Assembly: GCA_002256025.1 (NCBI GenBank) | Contig: NKIB01012973.1 | Location: 1-64,000 of the forward strand | Source: Asterionella formosa | Taxonomy: Eukaryota | DNA length: 64,000 nt | Reading direction: 5' to 3' | In this document: one piece after another, positions 48,119-60,169 of the stretch | Numbering within the stretch: the stretch's first letter is position 1 | Layout of the letters: every line of letters starts with the position of its first letter | The notes under the pieces: model-generated | Databases searched by the model: none | Seen by the model: the letters and a program-made list of their open reading frames with translations, nothing else | What the model was told of the DNA's origin: nothing | Program-made: the position numbers and the translations under genes

Positions 48119-49720
48119 TTACCAATCATAGTCAGCTCCACCCGGGGCTCTTGTTTGTCCAAAGTCAAGGTCTGTGCTCATGTCACCTTCGGGGCTCCAA
48201 TCAGAGTCCAAACCAAGATCCTTTAATCGTCGCTCTTGGTAATACTCCTTCAAATCAAGTGCTTCTTTCTCACGCTGCAAATAATCAATCGTTCTCGTCA
48301 ACGCTTTGGATTCGGCGGTCCTCAATTGAGTACAGACCTCCGGTCCACCTTGGGGACAATGAGCAAATTCATCCAATCCTCGCTGACAAGCATCAATAAT
48401 AGCATTAACAACTAGAAGCTCATTTGATTCGCTAACTGGTAGCGCCATGAATCCCCAAACTTCATTACGGAAGAGGGATTCCAGTAAAAATGCGTCAGTA
48501 CCTCCTAATTTGCAAAGTCGGACAAATTGAATCAATGCCGGATCTGGTTCCCCGTCTAGGCCTGGCTCAGATACAACATCGAACGACTGAAATGGATCCA
48601 TGGGAGCTAAATCGTAGGTCTCAAACTCGAGAATATCCAACTTATCATCATAAAACCGATCGTCGGGGTCCACTTCAAACGTCAACTTGCTTACACATGT
48701 CGTCCACACATTACCCGGACAAAACCCATGCTCCATAAGATATTCCGCAGCAGACTTTGGACCGTAAGTACAATATACTTCTTCTCCTTTTGCGTAATCT
48801 TTGGCAGCCACTAACTGCGTTCCCTTCGTTGTTCCGAAGGTTCCCATGAAGCCTCCTTCAAATTCTCGAGCCTTATTCCCATGGTTTGCCATGTCCAAGA
48901 AAGGAAGGAGACGGAGCGAGTTGTCAACAAAACTGGATCTTGACAAGGAAAGAGCCATGGCCCACTTAAAACCAGCCGGAGAGAAGCAAGGAACAGCTAC
49001 GCCGTCGATATTGACAGTTTCTGGGAAGGCATTTCGATCGGTGTCCCATACTCGCCCCGCTAGCCAAGTTGTGTCTTCATCAATATCATCCAAGGATTGA
49101 TAAATTTTTGTCATACTACTGGATTGCAATATCTCTAGATTATTTTCGTTCCATAGCAAAGGATGATGACTCATTTGATCCATGGTCGGTAAGGCCTTGA
49201 CCCATGTGGAGATAAAGGCCTGAAGCTTGGCCTCTCTCTTGGGTAAGGCAATACCCTTCCCTTCTAATCTTGCCACTTCATTGAGTATCAGCATGGCGAT
49301 TAACCCAACGTCGCCTGTCCAACCTTCGTATTTGTCAGGTAGCAACTTTTCAAAAACGCTGCGGGCAATGGCTGGGGTCAACATGTAGCTGTCGTCGTAT
49401 GGCATGTTGACCATAACATCGCCTTTCTTTATATTCTGCTTAGCAATCAAGCCCAAACGATCCGATTGTGATTGACCCACCTCTACTTTGCATGTTTTAG
49501 TTATCTCTACAGTTTCAAGGGCTGATTGTAAGGAGCTAGCAATCTCCTCCAGTGAGGAAGCGGATAGTGGCGATGCTCTCTTGTGAAGATGAAGTCCTCC
49601 AAAACGTTGGCTTGTCGGAATCTGCATAAATCCGGAAATTCTTTTGGTAACTAAAAGGACAGCAAGATAAAGAAAGGATTGCAACATGGGAAACAGCTTC
49701 TTGTTGCGACGGAACATCAT
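48119..49720 (-). CDS. LSMT: Plastid SET-domain lysine N-methyltransferase (Rubisco LSMT/FBA methyltransferase-like); likely start 49687
   Basis: GLIA...I.KGD, LLPFLDMANH, YCTYG, YLMEHGF, DRFYDDKLDILE, DAFLLESLFRN.VWG, EYYQERRLKDLGL. Signal peptide ending ISG-F, then a transit-like segment. Confidence 0.9.
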   Translation of the reverse strand: MMFRRNKKLFPMLQSFLYLAVLLVTKRISGFMQIPTSQRFGGLHLHKRASPLSASSLEEIASSLQSALETVEITKTCKVEVGQSQSDRLGLIAKQNIKKGDVMVNMPYDDSYMLTPAIARSVFEKLLPDKYEGWTGDVGLIAMLILNEVARLEGKGIALPKREAKLQAFISTWVKALPTMDQMSHHPLLWNENNLEILQSSSMTKIYQSLDDIDEDTTWLAGRVWDTDRNAFPETVNIDGVAVPCFSPAGFKWAMALSLSRSSFVDNSLRLLPFLDMANHGNKAREFEGGFMGTFGTTKGTQLVAAKDYAKGEEVYCTYGPKSAAEYLMEHGFCPGNVWTTCVSKLTFEVDPDDRFYDDKLDILEFETYDLAPMDPFQSFDVVSEPGLDGEPDPALIQFVRLCKLGGTDAFLLESLFRNEVWGFMALPVSESNELLVVNAIIDACQRGLDEFAHCPQGGPEVCTQLRTAESKALTRTIDYLQREKEALDLKEYYQERRLKDLGLDSDWSPEGDMSTDLDFGQTRAPGGADYDW

Positions 49721-50327
49721 CGTGAAAACTGGGAATGTATTTATGGGGTATACAGGTACAAAATATGAGAGATCCAGTAATACCGGTCATAATGGTGTTT
49801 GGGGGGACTGGTAATGAGTTGCACAACCATTTTACCGGACACTGAGTTCGCTCTGTGCGGTATGTACCAGGTAACTACATACAACAAAGTCTACACAGGA
49901 GTATAAATAGGAACGGAATCCAGAATCAGCTTTTAATGCTTTATATCGAAATTGACCATCACATCATCAGCAAATATAGTATACCGGTACTGGTACCGGT
50001 AGCTTTAGTGGAAGTACAGAAAAATGTGGAACATATATAGTTTCTGTATGTAAATTTGTGGGGGATTTCGTCCACATTTTTCCTAACGGCCAGTTCTGTC
50101 AAAAGCGGTTTTTACTTGCTTCCGCCGTGATTCATTTTTTCGGCCCCTGCTTTCCGGAAAAATGTGGATGATTTTCACCACAGAAATGTGTAGAAAGTGC
50201 GTTCAATTTTGTACCACTGTAGGCCTACACTACGAATGTCTGGTAGCGGGTACTCCTGCTAGGTACCACCAGTACCTGGGACCTAGTTGAGAGTATGGTA
50301 CCTGGTACCAGGTACCAGGTACTGGTA

Positions 50328-51324
50328 CCAGTTAAAAATGGCTTTGAGCCACGTTATCATATCGTTTTCCGACTAATTCTAGAAGTATGCTAAAATCGAT
50401 CCCCTCTTTTGCCCTTTGGCACGATATTAGTTAGTTCATTAAGCTACATGAGAATTAGATCATTTCTTTACTTGAACATATTTTAACTGAGATCTATCCA
50501 TTTTAAAAGTGACAAAAACGGTCGAAGTGGCTCAAAGCCATTGATTAAAATTTTAACATACATCTAGTTATTTTTATAGGCGACGGTTAGAAAATATTAT
50601 ATCGTTTGCATGTTTTTTCATTTGTAGTTGTTGCATCGTCTTTAGACTGATGGTGTTCTTGTTGGTTCTCTCTCCTCGTATTTTTTTGCAGTAGTTGTTG
50701 CATCATTCTTAGACTTGTGGTCTTCACATCATATCTTCTTGTTGTGTAATAGGAGCGACCAAAGGGTGCTGAGGAAGTGGCGCCGTTACAGCAGTTGCAA
50801 CTGGTGCTGCAGCATCGCCACGCATCATGGTATCATGGAATCTGGTAAGTAGCAGTTGTTTCATTGGAAGATTGCCTGCTCGCTTGTACCACGTTGCCAT
50901 TGTGTTTGTTTGTGCTACTGTCCACTCAGCTGACTGTTTTTTAAGCGATCTGATTGCATAAGCCTTCTTGTTTGCAAGCGCCATGTGCGCATCTATTTTC
51001 CGATTCTCTCGCTCACTCTGCACTTCTTCCGCATCCCTCTTCCTTTTTAGCTGGTCATCGACCACTTCAGGACCCAACAAGTACCTGCCTGCAGCGACAT
51101 GAAGACCAGATGTGTACTTTCCAACACATTTATCTGATTATCAAAAACACAAGAACTAATCAACAACTAGATATGTTGTATCCGGCGCAACATCAGGAAC
51201 AACTTTGTCGTACTAAATATAGTCATAACTGGAAAATTAGAAAAAATCTATGTATACATTGTGAATATTATATCGTTAAGTGACTCAAAGCCATTCGAAG
51301 TGGCTCAAAGCCATTTTTAACTGG
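50328..51324 (-). mobile_element. Non-autonomous Tc1/mariner-pogo-like element with TA TSD
   Basis: Perfect 25-bp TIR CCAGTTAAAAATGGCTTTGAGCCAC, flanked GGTA|...|TACC. Internal copies of gtg.ctcaaagccatt (~50527, ~51280). ORF 50724-51080 resembles a transposase C-terminal remnant. Confidence 0.88.
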
Positions 51325-53354
51325 TACCGTGTTGTCAAAGTGGTGTGCTCCTCTCCTACATACCGGTAGCTATGACTAAAAGTCGACTAAGCACATGAAT
51401 TCATTCTGCTATAATGAGCTGGACAGTATAGACTATTTGGAAGACCGATAGTTTGAATCAAACAATCAATGGTTATAAACTTATGATCAATAAGTGTGAG
51501 ATAGACAAGGGTCTATCTATGAATTTATGTTCTGACAAATGCAAACAGCATTTGGAAAAATAGTTTGTTCGATTACTCAAACTGAACAAACCTAACTAGT
51601 TTGCTTAGTAACTCACAATAAGAATCTAGAAACAAAAAAGTCTCTATCTATAGTCTTCTTTGTCTAATGATAGATCTATCAACTAAAAGGTAATACTTTA
51701 ACACCATGTAGCTAGTATATTAGAGGTTGTGTGGACGAGGTATACCAGGTAGCTAGAGTACCTTGTACCAGTAATATTGGTAGTCAAGTGCCGGTGTAAT
51801 AATTTCTAATACCAGTGGAGGTAATAAAATGAAGCAAGTATGTCCAGTTGATCAGTTATGATTTTTACAGGAAAATTTTCAATCTGGTTGATTGCTGGTG
51901 GCTCTTCACAGGCTATCTTTGTAGAGGAATTTTTATGCCTGACATGGAACTTGATGTACCATGTAGACAACAGATAATAGTGTCTTTATTAAACAATTGA
52001 TATGGAGTGTTGAAAATCTGGGTATTTGTTTCTCTCATATGAAGAATGGTTAGGATGGATCAAAAACTACAAGCCCAGGTAAGTGTACACAAATCCTGAA
52101 GACTTCGCTGTGTAGCCAATCACTGCTTTGTGTGCGTACATGTATGAGTGTTTACCCAGATATTCTCCAAAAATCCTATAGGGCCCATATTTCCAGGTGT
52201 AAATTAAGAGGATTGTTTAGAAGGATACTCAAGCAAACTTTCACGAAGCAAGAGGGGAACTTTCATAGCTATGACATTGTTGAAATACTAGGAACCCATG
52301 CATTTAGCAGTAGTGTATACATGAAATGAAATCGCAGAACTTTCAGATAAGGTTGTTGTTCATCAATTGAAAATATTTGTTGCAATTACATTGACATACA
52401 TTCCTCCATGTATGTCGCTCACCTTGCTGCCATAGACTACAGCAAACGAGAGGGGAATTTCTTCAAATTAGTCCTAAATTTCTGAGAGATTTGAGAAAAT
52501 TCTCAATGATTAAACTTATGCTGGTGCACTAGATTCAGAAATTCGATTAGTGGCCGCTAATTACTTTAAGAATTATTGGGCAAAAGTTCCTTGGGTTGAC
52601 TGTATGACTAGACAAGAAGCAGAAAACAAGGAATTATACAGCATCAAGGCCAACAATCAAGCCAAACAACTCTCAACAATCAAAAATCACAATACAAATT
52701 GTTCTTGCATCCTAACTGGCTAAGGTCCCGATTTGCACTGCAGCTTTTGCTTTCTATTTAAGGCATAGCAAGTACGGGAGGACCGAGATGAGAGGATTAA
52801 AATTAGTGTATTGAATTTTCTATGTAGACAATCATACCATCAGTTTTGACAATGGCGAAAGGAAAAATGCTGATGCTGCAAATAGTGAGGAGCAAGCTGG
52901 TAGCTGGAAGGATGCATAAGAGATTTCTAGTATAGAGATGAAGATTATGAAAAGACTGGATGGTTGAGCGAAAAATAGAGATCTTCTGCAATCTTTAAAT
53001 ACAAAAGAAAATGTCTATGTTGATCTTGAGCAATGTGAGGGTTGCCTTGGTATTTCACCTGTAACTGCTCAAGGGAGGAATAGTGGAACAGCACTGCTTT
53101 TAGACAAATGCAAGCAAACTGAGAGAAAGTTTGTAAACAGTTGTGATAAATTCTAGTAATGCAATCATATTCCATACATTGATTGTGATCAAATGATGGT
53201 TATTGCCATGACTTTGCAAGGTGATGAAGCATCAGCAAACTTGCAAGAAGTCTAAAGGTTCATTCACTTTCTATCTATAAATTTGAAGAATAACCATATT
53301 CTTGTACATCTGCATATATTGCTGTGCTAGCTACCCTGCAATATATGCATTCAG

Positions 53355-55569
53355 TTAATAGGAGAAGTGTGCTTGCTATATATGTACTGCCACATCCCAG
53401 TTTAGTCGTTGCTAAAGTTTGCTAGCTATGTTACCATCGATAGAGCGACAAGTGGGTCTCTTCATTGTTCTTTGCTCCTGGAAAAGTCGGTGTCCGTGTC
53501 ATCCTCATCAATAGAGGGACAAGTGTCCTTCATCATTGCGGTTTGCCACTGGAAAAATGTACCTGTGGTATCGTCATTTGCTCGTTGGAACCACTGTCCG
53601 TTGCCTCAAACCTGATTAGCGTGTGTGTATGTGCACTGTCGACTTGTGTACATTACAGGAGTTACTTAGCTACTAAAGTGCGTGTTATAATATCATACTC
53701 CATAGTATGATGCAGAATACAGTTCCCAATCATCTCATCATGATTGATAAAATGATAATGTGATATCACCATAGGGTTACATCAATGCATACATCACCAA
53801 AGTATGATACGTAATATTGAAAAAAGTATATCACATATCTATGATGCATTGATCATAGAACTATGATGACTTTTTAAAATGTTTATGATGTATTTTTAAT
53901 CAAAATATGATCATGTTAAAATAATACAATGATAATAAAATACGAAAAAAATAAATAAATCAAAAAGTATGTTACTTAATATATAAATTCGACTTTAAAT
54001 GTATACAGTAAAAGCCAGTAGCTAATATGATAGTATTACTATATGGTGGATAGTATCTAAGTATATGGATGCGTTGATATGTACATCACTATAATATGAT
54101 TCGTGATATCGATTGATGCATATCACATACCGGTATCCTCAACAACCAGCCATCACGTTCATTGTCATGTCGTTTTTCCTTGTTATAGCTATATATATGC
54201 CGGCATGTGTATTGTGTAAACACTACGCTGGCGGAACATGCATATTACACAGTGCTCTGTTCAACAATTACTACACTCGGTTACCATCACACCAGCTGCA
54301 CCTCCACAACCGCCACAAAAAGCTCCGCGTTTCTCTTCAACTGTTTTACATCATAGTCTTCTGGCCCTTTGACAACTTTCCAAATGGAATTTCATGGTTT
54401 TAATCGATACGACCACTTTGCATATGCTTAGATACAGTCATTCCTCGACTTAGGGGTATGATCTATATTCAGATATGGTAAGGACCTCATTTCTGGAGTG
54501 AAGTGGCAGTTATCCCTCTGGTATCGTAACTATCCAAAAAATAGTCAAAAAGGAGCCATCAGGCTTTTTTAAAAATCTACGAGGGATAACTGCCACTTCT
54601 CTGCAGCAATTAACTCCTGAAGTAGAGTACAAGGATATCTATTTCATTCTTCATGAGACCCCGTAGATGTAGAGCAATCCTCCTCCAAGAAGTCGACTTG
54701 ATCGGCTTTTTTAACAGTCGCAAAAATATTGGAATCAGAATTTGTACATGCAAAAACATTCTCGTATACTTAGAGTTTGGCGTAGATATGTTTCGCTGAA
54801 TAATTCTCAGTCCGAAAAGACTCCAGGGTAAGTTCCCACGTCACAACACATATTCTGATTGGTTGAATTGAATTTATTCGCCTGCTCCAGATTCGCTGAA
54901 GTATCCCGGTCTTGTAAAATCTCGCCAGCCACACTTGAACTACACGTATTAGATGTACTGAATACTGGTTGGTAAAATCAGTACCGGTACTACCGGTAGT
55001 TTCATCCTGTCTTCCATCATGGTGGCTGAACGACCAAGATTATGGAACACCTGGTACTCCGAGTACCGAAATACCGTTACTCTGGGACTCCGGTACCTGG
55101 TACTGATTTACATACCAGTATATACCTTTGTGAGTGGAGTGATGTTGAAACTACATACAGCCACATAGATTCAATATAAACATATAAACACGAACCATGA
55201 GCGTACATGTTGGCATACTCCTGATTTAAATATGTGTTTTGGCATTGACCAAAATTATGTCTACATTCAGCAAGGAAGATTCATTATAAACATTTAAATA
55301 TCATTTTTGTTTGTTTAAAATGGAACTCTATCAATCTGGCGCCGATTCCTATTTAATTCAAATATTCAAATGAACACTCGAATAATGGGAATTCATAGTA
55401 GGAAATTCATTGTTCCCTGCCGTTTCTACAACCCTAGCGATGTTTTCTCCGAACTAGGGTTAAGCCGGGGCCTCAACCTTAATAGGAGAAGTGTGCTTGC
55501 TATATATGTACTGCCACATCACTTGATTTGTGCCTCCCAGTTTAGTCGTTGCTAAAGTTTGCTAGCTAT
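53355..55569 (+). repeat. Direct repeat at 53355-53429 and 55479-55569, differing by one 16-bp indel
   Basis: ttaataggagaagtgtgcttgctatatatgtactgccacat[cacttgatttgtgcct]cccagtttagtcgttgctaaagtttgctagctat. Confidence 0.9.
54500..54599. repeat. Short foldback: perfect 19-bp inverted repeat (MITE-like)
   Basis: gaagtggcagttatccctc / gagggataactgccacttc. Confidence 0.8.
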
Positions 55570-56278
55570 ATACGAGCTAGTGCATGCTACTATAGGCTAC
55601 CAGTATTACCGTTACCCAGGGGTACCAGTACACACAATGCCATATGATGATTGAACTACATAGTACCAGTAGCTACCTGTTACTGTATACGCATCTCGGA
55701 ATTGTAGGTGCCATACGTCAGACATGAGCATGGTACTTGCGGATACGCACATGGGCGGTATAGCACGTATGATGTGTTATTCATTGTCTACAGGATACCG
55801 GTATATCCATTACCGTGATGTAAATGATCTACGACAAGTGGACTACTTAGACTAGTATAAACCCGGCATTTCAAATCTGTGGGAAACATGGTCCACATTT
55901 TTCCGTCCAGTTGAGGCTGGTATGATGATGCAAGTCTGACCAGACACTTAAAAACTGTAAGCCACCGTTATTTTACTCGCAATTCCCAGCTAAAAATATG
56001 AACCTGGTACCGATATGTAATACAACAATCAAAACTTAATGCAAGTGCAAATTGGATGTTAGACGATGGTCTCCGCAATACATACTATTAAGGAATCAGT
56101 TTTGACTCAGTGTATTGAGCCATGAAGATAATTTTTCCAAGGTCACTAAAATTGTCGCATAGCGGTGGCTTACAGGGCATATTTTTCTATGTGGAGATTA
56201 TATATTTTCCCCCAAACCGGGTTTATTTTTACTCCGTTTAAAGCGCAATGACATCGTAGCCATATTAAATAAATTTTT

Positions 56279-56458
56279 AACGTGAAAATATCCAATTTTC
56301 GAAATTTCACGTCGACAGGATCCTTTGGAAGACAATACAAACCAAACTTGTTTTCTAGCCAAGGGATATTCACATAGCTGTATACGTATATGCTTGCTCA
56401 ATAGAGTAAACATGAAAATATCCAATTTTCGCAATTTCACGTCGACAGCAACCTTTGG
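56279..56458 (+). repeat. Direct repeat, 50-bp core at 130-bp period
   Basis: aac.tgaaaatatccaattttcg.aatttcacgtcgacag.a.cctttgg occurs twice. Confidence 0.85.
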
Positions 56459-57036
56459 GCAATAAAACATATGATAAACAATGTACACAATGCAACAATA
56501 CAAGTACGGAAGTATTTACTCGCTACATAAATCCGAACAACTAGTTTGTGATAATAAATAGTGTATCTTGCAAAATAAGTTCAATTTGTGGGTGAGAATT
56601 GATTGATTGATTGATTGATTGTACTGTTAATTTGTTGTGTATTCGTGTATGCAGGTATCGCCGACATATGGGTTATTATTTGGGCGTTGATATCAAAAAA
56701 AATGTGAAAGCAAAAAATAATAATTGTATCGATATTGGGGACTCTTAATTTAATTATGTGGTGAAACCAGCATAATATGGCCGCGAAGCAGTATTATCTC
56801 TGTATTTTACTGTAGCAACGGCTAGTTGGTCAGTGAATATTGTTGTGAACTCACATAATTATTGGTTTGATCACATAATTATTAGAGACATGAAATAAAT
56901 TTTGTTTAGAACACATAAATTCTGGTTCAACCCAAATAAATTCCGGAAAAAGGAGCTTAATATTTTCAAAAAGTAGTAAAAATATGGCACTTTAGACATC
57001 AATTCGAAAAAGTGCCGTAAACAGCATTGAAGATGT

Positions 57037-57334
57037 ACCTGCTGACAAGACCTGTGCTTCCATAGTTTTGTTAGCGTAGGTGAGCCCCCAACCACCTTTG
57101 GCAAAAGATAATCATCTTAGCCGCAGTGTTAGGGGAAACTCCGACCGCCTAGGACAGCACAAGCTGCTTTTGGGAGGCAACCCACTATTTGTTGCACACC
57201 ACCAGGCAAGACCATGTGGGACGGTAAGGAGTGTGGGAGTCGAACCCAACAATTGCTTCTCAAAAAATTGCGGGAATCGAACCTCACAACCTCAGATCAA
57301 AGGCAATGTGCTAAGAAACCACTAAGCCATTTCC
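57037..57334 (-). mobile_element. tRNA-derived SINE, second family, with two B boxes
   Basis: Minus strand GGAAATGGCTTAGTGG (A box)...GGTTCGATTCCCGCA, then a second GGGTTCGACTCCCAC. Body shared with 16522-16654. Confidence 0.75.
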
Positions 57335-57339
57335 TAAGT

Positions 57340-59515
57340 AGCATCTATATACCACATTCTGTTTTTCACTTTTATAATCGCCGGTCCGCTCTAACTAGGA
57401 TAGCAAGCAGCAGACGATGGGATCAATCCAAAGTCAGAAGGTCCATGTTGCAAGCCCGAACTGAGCAACGGCAGGCGGGATAGAGTGTGAATTGTATTGT
57501 GAGGACGAAATCGGGCATACTACGTAAAATCAATGAATATATTAACGATACAATTTAACATTCTGGTCTCATAAAGATAATACCAATTCTACAGCATAAA
57601 TATTATAACATGTTCAAAGTAAGCATTAAAGTTTAGCTTAAACCATGAATGGTTTTTTTTAGTACCATGCACATATGTAGTCTCCATGACTAAAATATCA
57701 ATTAAGCAGCCTACTCATAAATGACTGGCGCAAAAACTTGCCACGAACATCAAATATATCGGAATCATCCTTTTTCCGAAGAAATAGGAACGATATGACT
57801 ACATGATTCCCACAAGAAGATGAGCAATCGAACAACCAACCAAATCTGTTTGACAATTTATCACTACAGGATTCATCAATGAACTGCCTCATTTGCTTCA
57901 GACCGGGCATGATGGATGCTGATCGGCATGGTGAAAGGCGAATTCTTGTCACAGTCAATTTTCAGGAGACAAACAAAAATGAGGTGAATACTAGATATAT
58001 TTAATCAAATCTATATAGTATATAAAATAGGTTCCTTAAGGTAGATCCCTTGCCGATTTCGGCTATCCCAGGGCTGGAAAACCAAGGAGCAATTGGCGTA
58101 AGGTGTATTGCCAAAATTAGAACGTACAAAATATGCAAAAAAATATATTTTAATGATGGGCAATATTTGACCTATGTATTGGAAATTTCTTTGTGAAGAC
58201 ACGAAATATACAAAATATTTTTTATACGATAAGCAATAGGAAGTTAAAATTGACAGTTAGGTAAGCAAATGGCGTGACGATAGCTAGGTTGTGAATTGCA
58301 TCAACAATAATACCAGTACCCTTTCTCGATGGCTACATGCCTTCTGTATACATGTGTACTCGCAGGCATGAGACCACCTTCAGCATATTGCTACAGTAGT
58401 GATTTTCTTTTGGTATATTGTGCTCGAGGGGTACATCAGTGACCAATTTTCCAAAATAAGCCAGGAGTAACATAAATACCATACATAGGAGTTTGTTGAA
58501 CGAAAATTTCGGTGAAACTCGACGAGGAAGTTTTGCCTATACAGTATCTGAAAAACAGGCTAAAGCAAAAAACCCACCACGGCTTGCTGATGGCAAAACA
58601 TTCCTGAGTTGGTCTCTTGCCTGCAAGTATGCATGTGTTCGAGGCTGGGAAGCGCAAGTAGGTTGTCCATATGAGTGGCGCCCGGACGAGAAGGCAAGTT
58701 GCCACTAAGAAGGTATTGTTGAGGCAATTCACAAACTATCTATCGTCGCGTCATTGAACGTAAATGTCAATTTTAGCTTGCTATAGCCCATCATATAAAT
58801 TATGCATATTTCGTAGATTTCCTATTTTCACAGAAAATCTTGCCAAAGGTCAGATATTGACCATCATTAAAATATAAATTGTATATTTCGTATGCTCGCA
58901 TTTCGGCAAGACAATTTACGCCAATCCTAGAGTACACTTCAAATATTTGCCGAGTCGCCGGGTTCTATGACAAATAAACTGTCAATCGGTGTATTGAGTG
59001 TATACCGGTATATATATATATATGTATGTACAATCTATATCTAAATATTTAAGGAATTCGAAAAGGAATCATGCATGTACACGAAAATTTCCAATGATTT
59101 GAAAATTTCAAATGGAATCATTTCATTTAAAAATAGCTCATAAAAGTTCTTAGTTCCAGGAAATTTCGGCAACCCTTAGCAACATTTTAATTTTTGCCTT
59201 AGGGTTGAAATGCAGGAACCTTAACCTAAACTTTAACGTTTACTTTGAACACGTTGTAAAATTATCGCTGTAGACTCGGTATTATCTTTACGGACCAGGC
59301 TGATAAATTATATCGTTCTCATATGGATTGAGTTACTAACTTATGCCCGATTTCGTCCTCACAATTATAACTCTCACTCTATCCTTCCTGCCATTCCTCT
59401 ATTCGGGCTTGCAACAGGCGAATTTCGTCTTTCTTTAATCCCATCGTCTGCTGCTTGTTATGCTAGTTAGAGCGGATTGGTGAGTGCAACAGTTTAACAC
59501 TGAATGTGGATTGCA
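57340..59515. repeat. Head-to-head ~300-bp inverted repeat (57340-57642 / 59221-59515), hAT-like element ends
   Basis: tatgcccgatttcgtcctcacaat, cccatcgtctgctgcttg, ctagttagagcgga and ttaa.ctaaactttaa.g.ttactttgaaca all match in inverted orientation. Confidence 0.85.
58092..58925. mobile_element. Long-TIR (~190 bp, diverged) foldback/Mutator-like MITE
   Basis: Arms 58092-58283 and 58740-58925: attggcgtaa..., atattttaatgatgg.caatat.tgacct, taaaattgaca, gacgatag. Confidence 0.75.
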
Positions 59516-60169
59516 GATCCTATTTATTGAATTTCTGATTTGATTGCTTTTGTTTTGATCGCTTCCGTTGTTGTTTGTCATTCCGCACTATCGTTTTGTT
59601 TTCATTGTATCTATCTACATGAGAACCAATGTATTTATCAATCAATGACTACTCTTTGAAGATGTACTGTGCCGTTGCTGATCGTATTTATTGATTTGTA
59701 TGGTCGTTGACCATGATTTCAATAATGCCGCCAAGCAATGGTTTTCTTGTACTAATGCGCTTTGCTACCACAATTCTACGACGAATTTTATCTACGTTTC
59801 AATATTCAGCTAGAGGGACCTGATAGTGCTGGAGCAGCCTGGCGATCATGCTCAATCAGAATGGATTGGAATGAAATGATCAGGGTTGTTTGGTGGGATG
59901 GGGAATGAAGGTGGGCGGAAGCACTCCTGCTTGAACTTGTGTCAGGCTACTCAAGCGATGTTCATGGTTGCAGCAACCAGATCATCTATGCTACATCATG
60001 ATGCAGAACTCAATTGGGTTCAGCTTTTTCTTCTTATCTGTTCTACTTCGCTCTTTCGCTCTCATAATTGTGTGATGGAAAGTCAATGTTGCCTGTGTAA
60101 GTACTACAATGCATACATCTCCACTGAAACTCATATTTTTTACTTTATCATTTTTTTGACGAAAAATTC

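Noticed and set aside
57495..57515. Hammerhead ribozyme (gtgaggacgaaa resembles stem II + GAAA)
   Set aside because: No upstream CUGANGA core or stem II partner.
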